Source: a virus (taxonomy: Duplodnaviria > Caudoviricetes). From it: DNA of 27,323 bases. Below the pieces are notes generated by a model. It had not been told where the DNA came from, did not search any database, and worked only from the letters and a program-made list of their open reading frames with translations. Below are positions 7,933-17,577 of the stretch, piece by piece. Position 1 is the first letter of the stretch; each line of letters opens with the position of its first letter. The stretch lies in IMG/VR virus record IMGVR_UViG_3300020382_000112, positions 1 to 27,323 of that record; one strand, 5' to 3'. Position numbers and translations under genes: made by a program.

Positions 7933-9488
7933 TGAATAATAATTATGGAGTACTTCACCAACCGTTTAGCTCCCAATACGGCCCTAGCCAAGCCATCCTT
8001 TCCCCAATGGAACAGAAAAGATTAGCGGATGAAGAAATAGCTAAACGCAGAGCCGCAGAGGCAGAACGCCAAGGTAAATTTATCCCTATGACTCAACGGC
8101 AGTTTGGTTCTGCACATGAGGCAGGACGGACTACAACCGCGTCTGGAAAACAAGTTGGAGGTATCATAGGTGACACAGCAGTGGCTAGTTACGATGGTGC
8201 TGTAGGTGGGTACAAAGGTCTTTATGACTTAACCGCACCCGTTGTTGAAGGTGTCGAAAACTTTGGCAGGGGTATGCTTGGTATGGACGAGAATACTGAG
8301 GAAGGTTTCAGATACGCTAACCAACCACAGCAACAACCACAGCAACAAGCACCGCAACAACCACCGCAAAATGATCCTAACCAAGGAATTTTAGGAAGTG
8401 AATTATCGCGTGTGAATTTTAATGATACTTATCAATCAGATGCCCCAGATATAGATATGGGTGGGAAGGGTGTTTTACGCCCAGAAGAAACACACACGAT
8501 GCCTGATGGCACTGTCATGCCAGGAATTAATCATGAGGCTTATGAGCAAAATAATGCTTCACCAGTAGAGGCCGCAGTAGAAGAGGTAGTCGAGCAGTCG
8601 GTTGACCCAGTTACTACGATTGCCGAAACCCCTGTCACTCAAAGAGCCAAGACACTACAAAACATTAGTCAAGCCGCAACCATAGATCGGTCTGGAACAG
8701 CTACAGGCAACAAGCGTGATCAAACTAGAATGAACATTCCACGAATCGGTATGCAAGAAAAGCTGATGCGTATCGGGGGTGCAATCACTGGCGCGTCTAC
8801 ACAAGGTCTTTCTGCGGCTATGGCGGCAGGAGCAGGCGCATACGGTGGCCTGAAAGACGAAGAGAGACGCTTACAGCAAGTAGATACTCAAAACGAGATG
8901 GCTATGCTTTCTAAATTGAGAACTATGAGTAAGCCTACTGCCGCACAAGAGAAGCAAGAAGGAGAAAATAGACAAACCTTCATTAATACACAATCAATGT
9001 CCCAGAGGCAGAGTTTCTTAGCAAAAAGATTGGCCCAAGAAGGTGACAATGTTACTGGATTGAAAGATGGCACTTACGGTAAAGCAAAAGACAATATGTT
9101 AGGCAATCCAAGAGCAGAACTAAGATTGTCACTAGAACAAGAAGCTGTAAATGCCACCCTCGTTTCAGTAGCCCTAACTAAAGGTGCTATCTCTAACAGA
9201 GAAATGGAATTATTTATGAAACCAATTCCTAAAATAGCCATGAACCAAGAAGCTACTTGGATTGCATGGTTAGAAATGCAAAGTGCCTTAAATGCTATCA
9301 AAGCTAAACGATATGATCCTAGTAACGTGAACTCTGATGGATCATTGAAAAGCCCAGTACAAGCCGATGCTGAAGCCTCTGCCGAATTAGAGCAACTTTA
9401 CCAAAACTTGCTAGATTCTGGGTACGAGAAAGGTGGTGGTCAAGGACAATCTGTCCCTGAAGATGATGATGAGCTATTTAACATATAA
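7932..9488 (+). CDS. Putative internal virion / ejection protein
   Basis: 518 aa, low-complexity N-half with a Q/P tract, helical C-half with KGAISNREM; lies between the other ejection-like genes. Confidence 0.55.
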   Translation: MNNNYGVLHQPFSSQYGPSQAILSPMEQKRLADEEIAKRRAAEAERQGKFIPMTQRQFGSAHEAGRTTTASGKQVGGIIGDTAVASYDGAVGGYKGLYDLTAPVVEGVENFGRGMLGMDENTEEGFRYANQPQQQPQQQAPQQPPQNDPNQGILGSELSRVNFNDTYQSDAPDIDMGGKGVLRPEETHTMPDGTVMPGINHEAYEQNNASPVEAAVEEVVEQSVDPVTTIAETPVTQRAKTLQNISQAATIDRSGTATGNKRDQTRMNIPRIGMQEKLMRIGGAITGASTQGLSAAMAAGAGAYGGLKDEERRLQQVDTQNEMAMLSKLRTMSKPTAAQEKQEGENRQTFINTQSMSQRQSFLAKRLAQEGDNVTGLKDGTYGKAKDNMLGNPRAELRLSLEQEAVNATLVSVALTKGAISNREMELFMKPIPKIAMNQEATWIAWLEMQSALNAIKAKRYDPSNVNSDGSLKSPVQADAEASAELEQLYQNLLDSGYEKGGGQGQSVPEDDDELFNI

Positions 9489-9500
9489 TTAGAGGTTTAC

Positions 9501-12500
9501 ATGGCTATACAACGTACTCCTGAAGAATACAAAGCCGCATACGTCCATCATAAATCTCAAGGTAATTTAGATAAAGCAAAAAGAGTAGCAAATCTTTACA
9601 GAGAGACACTAAAGCCCCAAGCAACCGACAATGCCTTTGAATACTCTACAGATCAAGCCCAAAGAATGGGCGGCAAAGGTTTAGAAGCCATTGGTCGAGC
9701 CACTGGTATTAAAGGTGTCGAAGACTTTGGTACAGGTGTTGTAGAACAGCAAGATAAAGACATAGCCCAAGGTGGATACACCCCCAAATACAACAAATCC
9801 CTCAGAGATACTTTTAATGAAGATGGTCTTGAGTCGGCAGTAGGTTGGTTAGGTGAGAAAACAGCAGAGAACTCTGTGTCCGGTGGTGTTGCGTTAGGCG
9901 GTGGCCTTGCTACTGCCGCAGTAGCTACGGTATCTGCCCCTGCGGCCGCAGTAGTTGGTCTTGGGACTATAGCCGCAAGTGGAACTATGGGTGCAGGCGA
10001 AGCCGCCTTTGAGCAAGAAGAGAAAGTAGGTGACTATGATGCCGCACTAGCTTCAGGACAAGGCGTTTTAATCGGTATCCTAGATAGGTTTGGTGCAAGT
10101 AAGGTAATTCCTGCGTCTAAACTCTTAAAAATGACCCCCAAGGAAATAGTAGATACCCTTAATAAGAAAGGTTTTGCCAATGCCGCTAAACAAGTGGCAA
10201 AGAAGACAGGAATAGAGGGTGTAACTGAGGTTGCACAGGAAGGTGTCTCTATGGCAGGCGCGGCATCTCGCGGTGGTGAGTACACTCAGAAAGAAGTCGA
10301 AGATAGATCAATAGATGCGTTCGCTCTAGGTTCTACCAATGCAGGCGCAGTACAAACAATTACCGGAGGTGCAAGCCTCGTTCGTGGTAAGCCTGCTAAT
10401 TTGAGCGATAGAGCCTCACAGGCTACTTTTGCACAGCGTCTTGATGCCTTGGCTAGAGAGGGCAACGCTGAAGGTAAAGAGTTTGACCTTTCAGACTTAG
10501 ACACTACCTCTGGCAAGGGTGTTAGGGCATTAATGGATTTAGCACACGCTAAGATTGCCTCAGAAATAACTAATTTAGAAAGTGAACTCAGTTCTTTCTT
10601 AAATATTAACGACAAGACTCTTACTTCAGCGCAGAAATCTGACAGAACTAGAGTCAAGAAGATGCTACAGCAGGCTAGAAACAAAACTAAGTCGGTAGTA
10701 GGTAAAAGTGACTTTGATTTACTTAATCAGCTTGTAGGTGGAACAGCCGATGGCAAGCGCCTTATTAATGTAGTCAAAGAAAGCCAAGAGCAGACCAAAG
10801 TTTGGAATGCAGGCATGAAAGGTGGTGTGTCTAAGTTCACCGATAACGTCAATCCTTTACCACAGAGTAGTAATTACAGCGGCCAAGCCGCTTTAACTAA
10901 TGCTATCCGTGGAGTTAGTGCCGCAGGGGTTGCAGGAGCAACCGCAGGCGCGTCTATTCCCTACCAAGTAGGTGCAGTAGTAGGTGGACGTTTAATTGAT
11001 GGCATTACAGGTAGACGATCTAAAGTTAGACGCTACATTAAAAATAATCTTAAAAATGAGGGTCTTGGAACAGTATCAGGACTCGGTGAAAGGGATAAAA
11101 ACTTAGCAAAAGCTAAAGCCGCTAATGAAAAAGCCCAAGCTAAAACCGAAGAAAAAAGACAAAATGAAAGGGCCAAGCGATTCTTCTTATATACCGAAGG
11201 TGCGCCCCCAGTAGACAATAGCCCAGAAGATATCTACCAAAGATTCACTGGTATGGACAGAGCAGGACTTGAGGCCACTATTGCAGAGGCACTTGAGAAT
11301 CCTAATCTTGATCCTACAGTAAGAGACAATCTAGAGACTCTAGTAGAAAGCATGAAATATGGCGAGAAAGTATCTGGATTTGCTGTGAACTACATTAATC
11401 TTTTAGCGAACAATAATCCTGAAGTAGCCAATCGCAGAGTCAGACCAATCGAAAATCCAAACGGTCTTAACACAGCAATAGCTATCGGTGGCGCGTCTGG
11501 CCGTCCTATCACTCCAAAAGAGCAGGGCAAGTTAGACAACAACGCAATCGTCAATCAACTTAAAAAAGATTTAGAAGCTGATGTATCTCTAAACACTAGA
11601 GAGCGCGAACAAATTAGTAAGGCGCTAGACAAGATGCTTTACGATTTAGGTAAGAACCCTGTAGATACAATGATTTCTATAGAAAAAGCATTAATTGCTA
11701 GTCAGATACCTCAAGTGGCTGTCGCACGTTACGTTAGTGCTTATAAAGATAGAGTTATCCAACAACAACAAAGAAAAAAAGGTGGTGATACACCTCCGAC
11801 CGATCCAGAACCTACCCCATCCCCTATTGTAGGAGTAGACGGACAACCGATACAGCCACAGCCGCCTATAGTTCAACCAGAACCACAGCCGCCTATAGTT
11901 CAACCAGAACCACAGCCGCCTATAGTTCAACCAGAACCTCCATCTTTTCCTGAACCAATTAATATGCCAGATGGTGATGGTGTAAAAGAACAATTACCAA
12001 AAGCCAAAATAATAGCAAGGCAATTTGATATTGGTAACAAAGGTTCTATATGGGAAAAAGGTATTGCCACAATCGAAGACTTTATGGACATGGCTAAAGC
12101 ATTAAATTTATCTTTGTATATCGCCAACACTCAGGACGCTTTTAACCAAAAAGCTAGAAGTATGGGTTACACCACAGGCCCGACCACAAATGGGTTTTTT
12201 GGCACTAATAGAGATGGCAGAGGTGGTGTAGCACAAGTACGTGGATCGAAGAGAGTATACACGCCACTTGGTATTCTTATGACTACTGCACATGAAGTTT
12301 CTCATGCTGTCGAGCATTGGAATGACCAAAGACAGCCAAAAAGAAGAGTCCCCCATAACCACCCTGAAAGTAAAGGCTTAGAAACCACACATAAAGGTAG
12401 TTATCGACACCACTTAAATGAACTTGTAGGCAGTGATGATCCCCGAGCAAAAACTATAAGAGATGAGATCAACAATTTACAAGACCTCACTCAAGTATTT

Positions 12501-12959
12501 TTTGAAAAGAATCCTGCATTGGGATCGGATTACATAAGATTTAAGAATGCAGGCGGAAGGGCGCAATTTGAAGCAAAGTTAATTGAGTATATTAAGAAAA
12601 TTGAAACTTCAGGTCTGTCGAATGCAGAAATTCTTAGGCGAACTAAAATCGCAAAAAACAGGGTGAAGTCACACATTAATTATGTAAAAGACCCTGCCGA
12701 GTTTGCTGTCGATCCAATTTGGGTTTACATGGCGAACCCTACACTTTTCAAGGCTATAGCCCCAGAGACAGCCAAAGATATACAGCAATTCTTTAAAAAT
12801 TATAATAAAGATTTCCCTATCAGCTTCCACGCTAACCCAATGGTTACAATCCTTGCGATTGTACTTGCAGGAATGGCGGTTACTGGAAAAGATGAAGAGG
12901 AAGAGCAACGACCTGTCCAACAAAGCCTCCCCCCCGGTCAAGGGATTTTAACTGTATAA
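9501..12959 (+). CDS. Large internal virion / ejection protein with C-terminal HExxH zincin-like domain
   Basis: 1152 aa; Gly/Ala hydrophobic segments and EGVTEVAQE motif; Pro-rich linker; HEVSH at 12291-12305; hydrophobic helix near the C-terminus. Confidence 0.65.
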   Translation: MAIQRTPEEYKAAYVHHKSQGNLDKAKRVANLYRETLKPQATDNAFEYSTDQAQRMGGKGLEAIGRATGIKGVEDFGTGVVEQQDKDIAQGGYTPKYNKSLRDTFNEDGLESAVGWLGEKTAENSVSGGVALGGGLATAAVATVSAPAAAVVGLGTIAASGTMGAGEAAFEQEEKVGDYDAALASGQGVLIGILDRFGASKVIPASKLLKMTPKEIVDTLNKKGFANAAKQVAKKTGIEGVTEVAQEGVSMAGAASRGGEYTQKEVEDRSIDAFALGSTNAGAVQTITGGASLVRGKPANLSDRASQATFAQRLDALAREGNAEGKEFDLSDLDTTSGKGVRALMDLAHAKIASEITNLESELSSFLNINDKTLTSAQKSDRTRVKKMLQQARNKTKSVVGKSDFDLLNQLVGGTADGKRLINVVKESQEQTKVWNAGMKGGVSKFTDNVNPLPQSSNYSGQAALTNAIRGVSAAGVAGATAGASIPYQVGAVVGGRLIDGITGRRSKVRRYIKNNLKNEGLGTVSGLGERDKNLAKAKAANEKAQAKTEEKRQNERAKRFFLYTEGAPPVDNSPEDIYQRFTGMDRAGLEATIAEALENPNLDPTVRDNLETLVESMKYGEKVSGFAVNYINLLANNNPEVANRRVRPIENPNGLNTAIAIGGASGRPITPKEQGKLDNNAIVNQLKKDLEADVSLNTREREQISKALDKMLYDLGKNPVDTMISIEKALIASQIPQVAVARYVSAYKDRVIQQQQRKKGGDTPPTDPEPTPSPIVGVDGQPIQPQPPIVQPEPQPPIVQPEPQPPIVQPEPPSFPEPINMPDGDGVKEQLPKAKIIARQFDIGNKGSIWEKGIATIEDFMDMAKALNLSLYIANTQDAFNQKARSMGYTTGPTTNGFFGTNRDGRGGVAQVRGSKRVYTPLGILMTTAHEVSHAVEHWNDQRQPKRRVPHNHPESKGLETTHKGSYRHHLNELVGSDDPRAKTIRDEINNLQDLTQVFFEKNPALGSDYIRFKNAGGRAQFEAKLIEYIKKIETSGLSNAEILRRTKIAKNRVKSHINYVKDPAEFAVDPIWVYMANPTLFKAIAPETAKDIQQFFKNYNKDFPISFHANPMVTILAIVLAGMAVTGKDEEEEQRPVQQSLPPGQGILTV
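11856..11938 (+). repeat. Perfect 27-bp tandem repeat x3 (PQPPIVQPE)
   Basis: ccacagccgcctatagttcaaccagaa three times, exact. Confidence 0.95.
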
Positions 12960-12978
12960 ACCACATAAGGAGAGTTAT

Positions 12979-13350
12979 GTGAATAGTAAAGCAATGGACT
13001 TAGTGAAGTATCTAAAAGCCATACAGCGAGTAAAAATGACGAGCCTATTGTCAGAATCACAGAGGATGGCAGTTTATAAAGACCTTAAATATGAATTACC
13101 TCCAGAAATGTACTGTGTATCGTGCAAAGAGACACGGCAGATTATAGAAAAAGTACTTGAGGATCACATAGATGTCGGAAAGAAAGAAGAGGGTAAAAGC
13201 CCCACCAAAACCACTAAAAAATCCAAACATGATCCGAGAGAAGAACAATTACTTCTCGACCCTGATGTCAACACCAGAGGGAAGGGCGCTAAGAAAAGAG
13301 TGGTCAACAAAACCGCGCAAAAACGCAGGCAGGCCGAAGGGAGTGCCTGA
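12979..13350 (+). CDS. Hypothetical protein with CxxC, overlapping the putative terS
   Basis: Strong SD TAAGGAGAG before GTG; fills the gap 12960-13171; YCVSCK motif. Confidence 0.6.
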   Translation: MNSKAMDLVKYLKAIQRVKMTSLLSESQRMAVYKDLKYELPPEMYCVSCKETRQIIEKVLEDHIDVGKKEEGKSPTKTTKKSKHDPREEQLLLDPDVNTRGKGAKKRVVNKTAQKRRQAEGSA

Positions 13351-13687
13351 TGGATATCGTAAAGAAACGATTGAACCCCTGCGCCAAAAAGCTAAACAAG
13401 AAGCAAAAAAGGTAGTAGAGATTATGTCAGACAAATTTAACATAGAAGACGAGTATCAGAAGGAAGCTCTATCGACTGCGGTTGAAGTCATGCGCCTTGT
13501 CGGTGAAACGCGAGAAAGATTAGCGGCCGCACGTTTGGTATTAGATTTCACTAAGAGTAAGCCTGCAAGTAAATCAGATGTATCTATATCAAAAGCTGAA
13601 GATTTTCTTGCGTCACTATTGTCACAAGAGGATGAGCAACCTAATGGACAAGAAACTAGCACAGATACGGAAGAGGCTACTGACTGA
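13172..13687 (+). CDS. terS: Putative terminase small subunit
   Basis: Directly upstream of TerL; basic N-half with AGRPKG; helical RERLAAARLVLDFTK segment. Confidence 0.6.
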   Translation: MSERKKRVKAPPKPLKNPNMIREKNNYFSTLMSTPEGRALRKEWSTKPRKNAGRPKGVPDGYRKETIEPLRQKAKQEAKKVVEIMSDKFNIEDEYQKEALSTAVEVMRLVGETRERLAAARLVLDFTKSKPASKSDVSISKAEDFLASLLSQEDEQPNGQETSTDTEEATD

Positions 13688-15215
13688 TTTCAGGTTCTAT
13701 TCCAATGCCGCTTTAAAGATTAGAACTAAGGTAGGCGCAATTTCACCCCTCGCATTAAATTCAGCACAGCAAATCTTAGATAAAGCAGTCACCAATCAAT
13801 TATCAACCGAAGGTAAAGTCCGAATAATCATCCTAAAGGCAAGACAGCAAGGTCTGTCTACCTATACCGGAGGATATTTGTATTACGCAGTTAGTCAAAA
13901 GCCTGCCTGCAAAGCAATGGTAATTACACACCATGCCGACTCTACACGCGCACTTTTTGATATGACGAAAAGATTTCACGAACACTGTCCTGACATACTA
14001 AAACCACATACGAAATACAGTTCAAGAAGGGAGATGAATTTTGATGTTCTTGATTCTAGTTTTGTGGTGTCAACGGCAGGCGGTGAGTCGATTGGTCGCG
14101 GTGAGACGCTCACACACGTTCATGCAAGTGAGCTTGCGTTCTGGCAAAAGTCAACGGCCTTGGATAACTGGAATGGACTTACTCAAGCAGTTCCAAATGC
14201 TAAAGGTACAGCTATCTTTGTCGAAAGTACGGCAAATGGTGCAACCGGAGTTTTTGCGGATTTGTGGCGAGGTGCTGTGGACGGTACAAATGGTTACGTA
14301 CCTGTCTTTATTCCTTGGTTTACAGACCTATCTTACCGTGAAGAAGTGCCTAGTAACTTTGAAAGAACGCCTGATGAAATAGACTTGGCAAAGCTGTATA
14401 CCCTCGATGATGAACAGTTAATGTTCAGAAGACGAAAGATTGCACAGAATGGACTAGATTTATTCCGACAGGAATATCCAAGTGAGCCTGATGAAGCATT
14501 CTTGACTACTGGTAGACCAGTGTTTAACCCAGATCAGATTGTAAAGTCTATGGACAAAACTCAAGACCTAAAAGAGCGTTTGGCTCTAGAGGGTGGCGAG
14601 TGGCTTAACAATGCTCGTGGTGAACTAAGCACTTACAGAGAACACGAAGAGGGCGAACAGTACGTTATTGGTGCTGATGTCGCGATGGGTGTGAGAGGGG
14701 GTGACTATTCAGTTTGCCAAGTACTTGACTCTAAAAAACGACAGGTAGCAACTTGGCGAGGTCATGTACATCCTGACTACTTTGCAGAAATTCTGTATGC
14801 CTTGGGTGAGTACTACAACGAAGCCTTTATCTGTGTAGAGAACAACTCTCACGGAATCCTAACGTGTACACGGCTAGGTAAAGATATGGCTTACCCTCAC
14901 TTTTTCACTGAAACCCAAATAGACAAGCTAACGGACAGAGAAACTCTGAAGCTAGGTTTCACTACAACTTCTAAAACAAAACCTTTAATTATTGACCAAC
15001 TACGAGCCGCCATGCGCGAGGAGCAGTTAGAAGTTAATTGTAAGGTCACGCTACGCGAAATGCTTACTTATATCGTTACCGAAAGTGGCGCAATGCAGGC
15101 TGAAGCAGGATGTTATGACGATTGTGTCATGGCATTAGCCTTAGCAAATCATGTTCACACAGGTGCTTGGACTCCGGTGGAATCAACAGACTCATACTAC
15201 ATTGAAATGGTTTAA
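13644..15215 (+). CDS. terL: Terminase large subunit
   Basis: Walker A LKARQQGLST, Walker B VHASELAFW, ESTANG coupling motif, nuclease IGADVAMG and YDDCVMALA. Start moved from 13578 to ATG 13644 (GAGGA upstream); exact start uncertain. Confidence 0.95.
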   Translation: MDKKLAQIRKRLLTDFRFYSNAALKIRTKVGAISPLALNSAQQILDKAVTNQLSTEGKVRIIILKARQQGLSTYTGGYLYYAVSQKPACKAMVITHHADSTRALFDMTKRFHEHCPDILKPHTKYSSRREMNFDVLDSSFVVSTAGGESIGRGETLTHVHASELAFWQKSTALDNWNGLTQAVPNAKGTAIFVESTANGATGVFADLWRGAVDGTNGYVPVFIPWFTDLSYREEVPSNFERTPDEIDLAKLYTLDDEQLMFRRRKIAQNGLDLFRQEYPSEPDEAFLTTGRPVFNPDQIVKSMDKTQDLKERLALEGGEWLNNARGELSTYREHEEGEQYVIGADVAMGVRGGDYSVCQVLDSKKRQVATWRGHVHPDYFAEILYALGEYYNEAFICVENNSHGILTCTRLGKDMAYPHFFTETQIDKLTDRETLKLGFTTTSKTKPLIIDQLRAAMREEQLEVNCKVTLREMLTYIVTESGAMQAEAGCYDDCVMALALANHVHTGAWTPVESTDSYYIEMV

Positions 15216-15218
15216 ATT

Positions 15219-17255
15219 ATGGCTAAGAACAAAGACTACAAGAAACTGACAGACACAGAAATAGTCTCTCTAGTAGATGAAAATGTAGGCACATCCGTTG
15301 GCTATCACGATTCTGAGTTGAGTCGAGAGCGCACAAATGTAATGGAATTTTATAGTGGTGAGAAGCCTAAACCCATTCATGATGGCAACTCAAAGTATGT
15401 ATCGCTAGATGTCTACGATGCAGTCGAGTCAATGAAAGCTAGTTTGCTTGAGGTATTTAGTAGCGGCAACAAGATCGTCAATTTTGCTCCACAAGGCGCT
15501 GAAGATGTGAAGATGGCGGCTATATGTACTGCTTACACCGACTACGTAGTAAATAGACAGAATGATTTGTACTCAATCATGTCTAACGTGATTCACGATG
15601 GCCTAATCGCTAGGGCAGGAATCGCTAAAGTCTTTTGGCAAAATCAATCAGAAACTACCTCAGAATACTTTGAAAACATTACTGAAGATGAACTTGATGC
15701 AATGCTTATCGAGGACGATGTTGAACTAGGTGAACATGAGGAGGATGAAATAGGGTTGTTATCTGGTGAGTTAAGAATAACTAGAGATACAAGCCAAGTC
15801 ATTATTGAGAATATCGCACCCGAAGAATTTTTAATTGAATCACAAGCTAAATCTATGGATAGCGTAGCCTTTTGCGCCCATAGAACTAAAAAAACTCTCT
15901 CTGACTTACGCTTAGAGGGTTACTCAGAAAAACTGATCGACAAAATAGCTGACCATAATGATGTGACGATGGGGACTGATTTAGAAATCCTTTCACGCCA
16001 CAACTCCATAAACTCAGACAAGGGAATGAATGATACCGAAGGGTATCAAGATCAAGTTCGGTCTGTAATGGTTCATGAAGTTTATATGGATTTAGATATT
16101 GAGGGATCGGGGGTTGCAGAGCTATATAAGATAATAAAAGCCGGTAACGTGCTTCTCGATAAAGAGAAGGTCAATAGAAGACCCTTTATTACATTTGTTC
16201 CACTTCCGATTCCTCATGCTTTTTACGGTAACAACTTTGGCGAAAAGCTAATTGCTACTCAGAATGCACGTACTGTATTGACCCGATCCATCCTTGATCA
16301 CGCAATGATTACCAACAATCCTCGATACACAGTACTAAAGGGTGGGCTAAGTAATCCACGCGAATTGATCGACAATAGGGTAGGCGGTCTAGTCAATGTG
16401 ACACGGCCAGATGCTATTTCCCCAATGCTACAAGCCCCACTGAACCCTTTTACCTTCCAACTTCTTAATACACTTCAAGAAGACAAAGAAGAAACTTCAG
16501 GTATCAGTAGTCTCAGTCAAGGCTTAAACAAAGATGCAATTTCCAACCAAAATTCGGCCAAGATGGTCGAACAACTTGCAACTATGTCACAGCAAAGGCA
16601 AAAGATAATAGCTAGGAATTTTGCTAGTCAGTTCGTAAAACCTCTATATCAGGCTGTATATCAGCTATGTATAGAGAATGAGTCTGAAGAGAAGATCATA
16701 GAGATAGGCGGTGATTTTGTTGAGATCAACCCAAATGATTGGGCTGACAGGCGAGATGTAACAGTCGAGTTGTCTCTAGGCTATGGCGAACAAGAACGTG
16801 AATCGCAAAAGTATATGGCGATGCATCAACAATTCCAATCTGACCCAAGACTCCAAGAGATGTACACGCCTGAAAACCAATATGCATTGGTTACAAAGGT
16901 TATGGAGTTGTCTGGAATCAAGAATGTTTCTGACTACTTAACTAGCCCTGATCAAATACCTCCAAAACAGCCCGATCCACAACAAGAGCTGGAAATGGAG
17001 TTAATGAAGAAACAGCTTGAAGTTCAAGAGCGTCAAACAGCGTTAGGTGAGATGAAAGCCAAGATGGATATACAAAATGCTCAGATGAAATTAGAACTTG
17101 AGAAGATGAAAGCTGAGAACAACTTTGCCATTCAATCTGACAATGTTGATCTAAAAGAAGCTCAACTTAACCATAAGAAACTTATTGATAGCGCAGAACT
17201 CGTACTGGCTCAACAAGCAGATGAGATCGTCGCAATCGCAAGCCCGAATGGTTGA
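15219..17255 (+). CDS. Portal protein
   Basis: 678 aa after TerL; VNFAPQGAEDV, IENIAPEEFLI, PIPHAFYG, ETSGIS..SQG; long C-terminal coiled coil as in P22-type portals. Confidence 0.9.
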   Translation: MAKNKDYKKLTDTEIVSLVDENVGTSVGYHDSELSRERTNVMEFYSGEKPKPIHDGNSKYVSLDVYDAVESMKASLLEVFSSGNKIVNFAPQGAEDVKMAAICTAYTDYVVNRQNDLYSIMSNVIHDGLIARAGIAKVFWQNQSETTSEYFENITEDELDAMLIEDDVELGEHEEDEIGLLSGELRITRDTSQVIIENIAPEEFLIESQAKSMDSVAFCAHRTKKTLSDLRLEGYSEKLIDKIADHNDVTMGTDLEILSRHNSINSDKGMNDTEGYQDQVRSVMVHEVYMDLDIEGSGVAELYKIIKAGNVLLDKEKVNRRPFITFVPLPIPHAFYGNNFGEKLIATQNARTVLTRSILDHAMITNNPRYTVLKGGLSNPRELIDNRVGGLVNVTRPDAISPMLQAPLNPFTFQLLNTLQEDKEETSGISSLSQGLNKDAISNQNSAKMVEQLATMSQQRQKIIARNFASQFVKPLYQAVYQLCIENESEEKIIEIGGDFVEINPNDWADRRDVTVELSLGYGEQERESQKYMAMHQQFQSDPRLQEMYTPENQYALVTKVMELSGIKNVSDYLTSPDQIPPKQPDPQQELEMELMKKQLEVQERQTALGEMKAKMDIQNAQMKLELEKMKAENNFAIQSDNVDLKEAQLNHKKLIDSAELVLAQQADEIVAIASPNG

Positions 17256-17293
17256 TCCATTCACTAACCCCAAGCCCTTGAAGGAGAGCTAAT

Positions 17294-17572
17294 ATGAACG
17301 ATGAACAATTAGTAGAAATTGGTAACGAAGCGGATGTACTTTTGAAAAATGAAACTTTCAATAAGTTACTAAACTTGATGGTAGATGGAACAGTACAGTC
17401 TTTTTTAACGTCTGCCGAAGATGAAACAGCGGAAAGAGAAAAAGCCTACAACCACTACCGCGCACTTACCGATATGGTCGCAACTTTGCGCCAGATGATC
17501 GAAGTTCGTGATCAAGTACACTCTAAAGACGAACCCATTACTGAAGAAGAATTAACAACTGAAGAGGAATAA
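17294..17572 (+). CDS. Small hypothetical head-module protein
   Basis: SD AAGGAG; helical 92 aa between portal and scaffold. Confidence 0.75.
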   Translation: MNDEQLVEIGNEADVLLKNETFNKLLNLMVDGTVQSFLTSAEDETAEREKAYNHYRALTDMVATLRQMIEVRDQVHSKDEPITEEELTTEEE

Positions 17573-17577
17573 GCACC

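Noticed and set aside
11856-11938. 27-bp repeats as a CRISPR array
   Set aside because: No spacers; in-frame coding tandem repeat; no cas genes.
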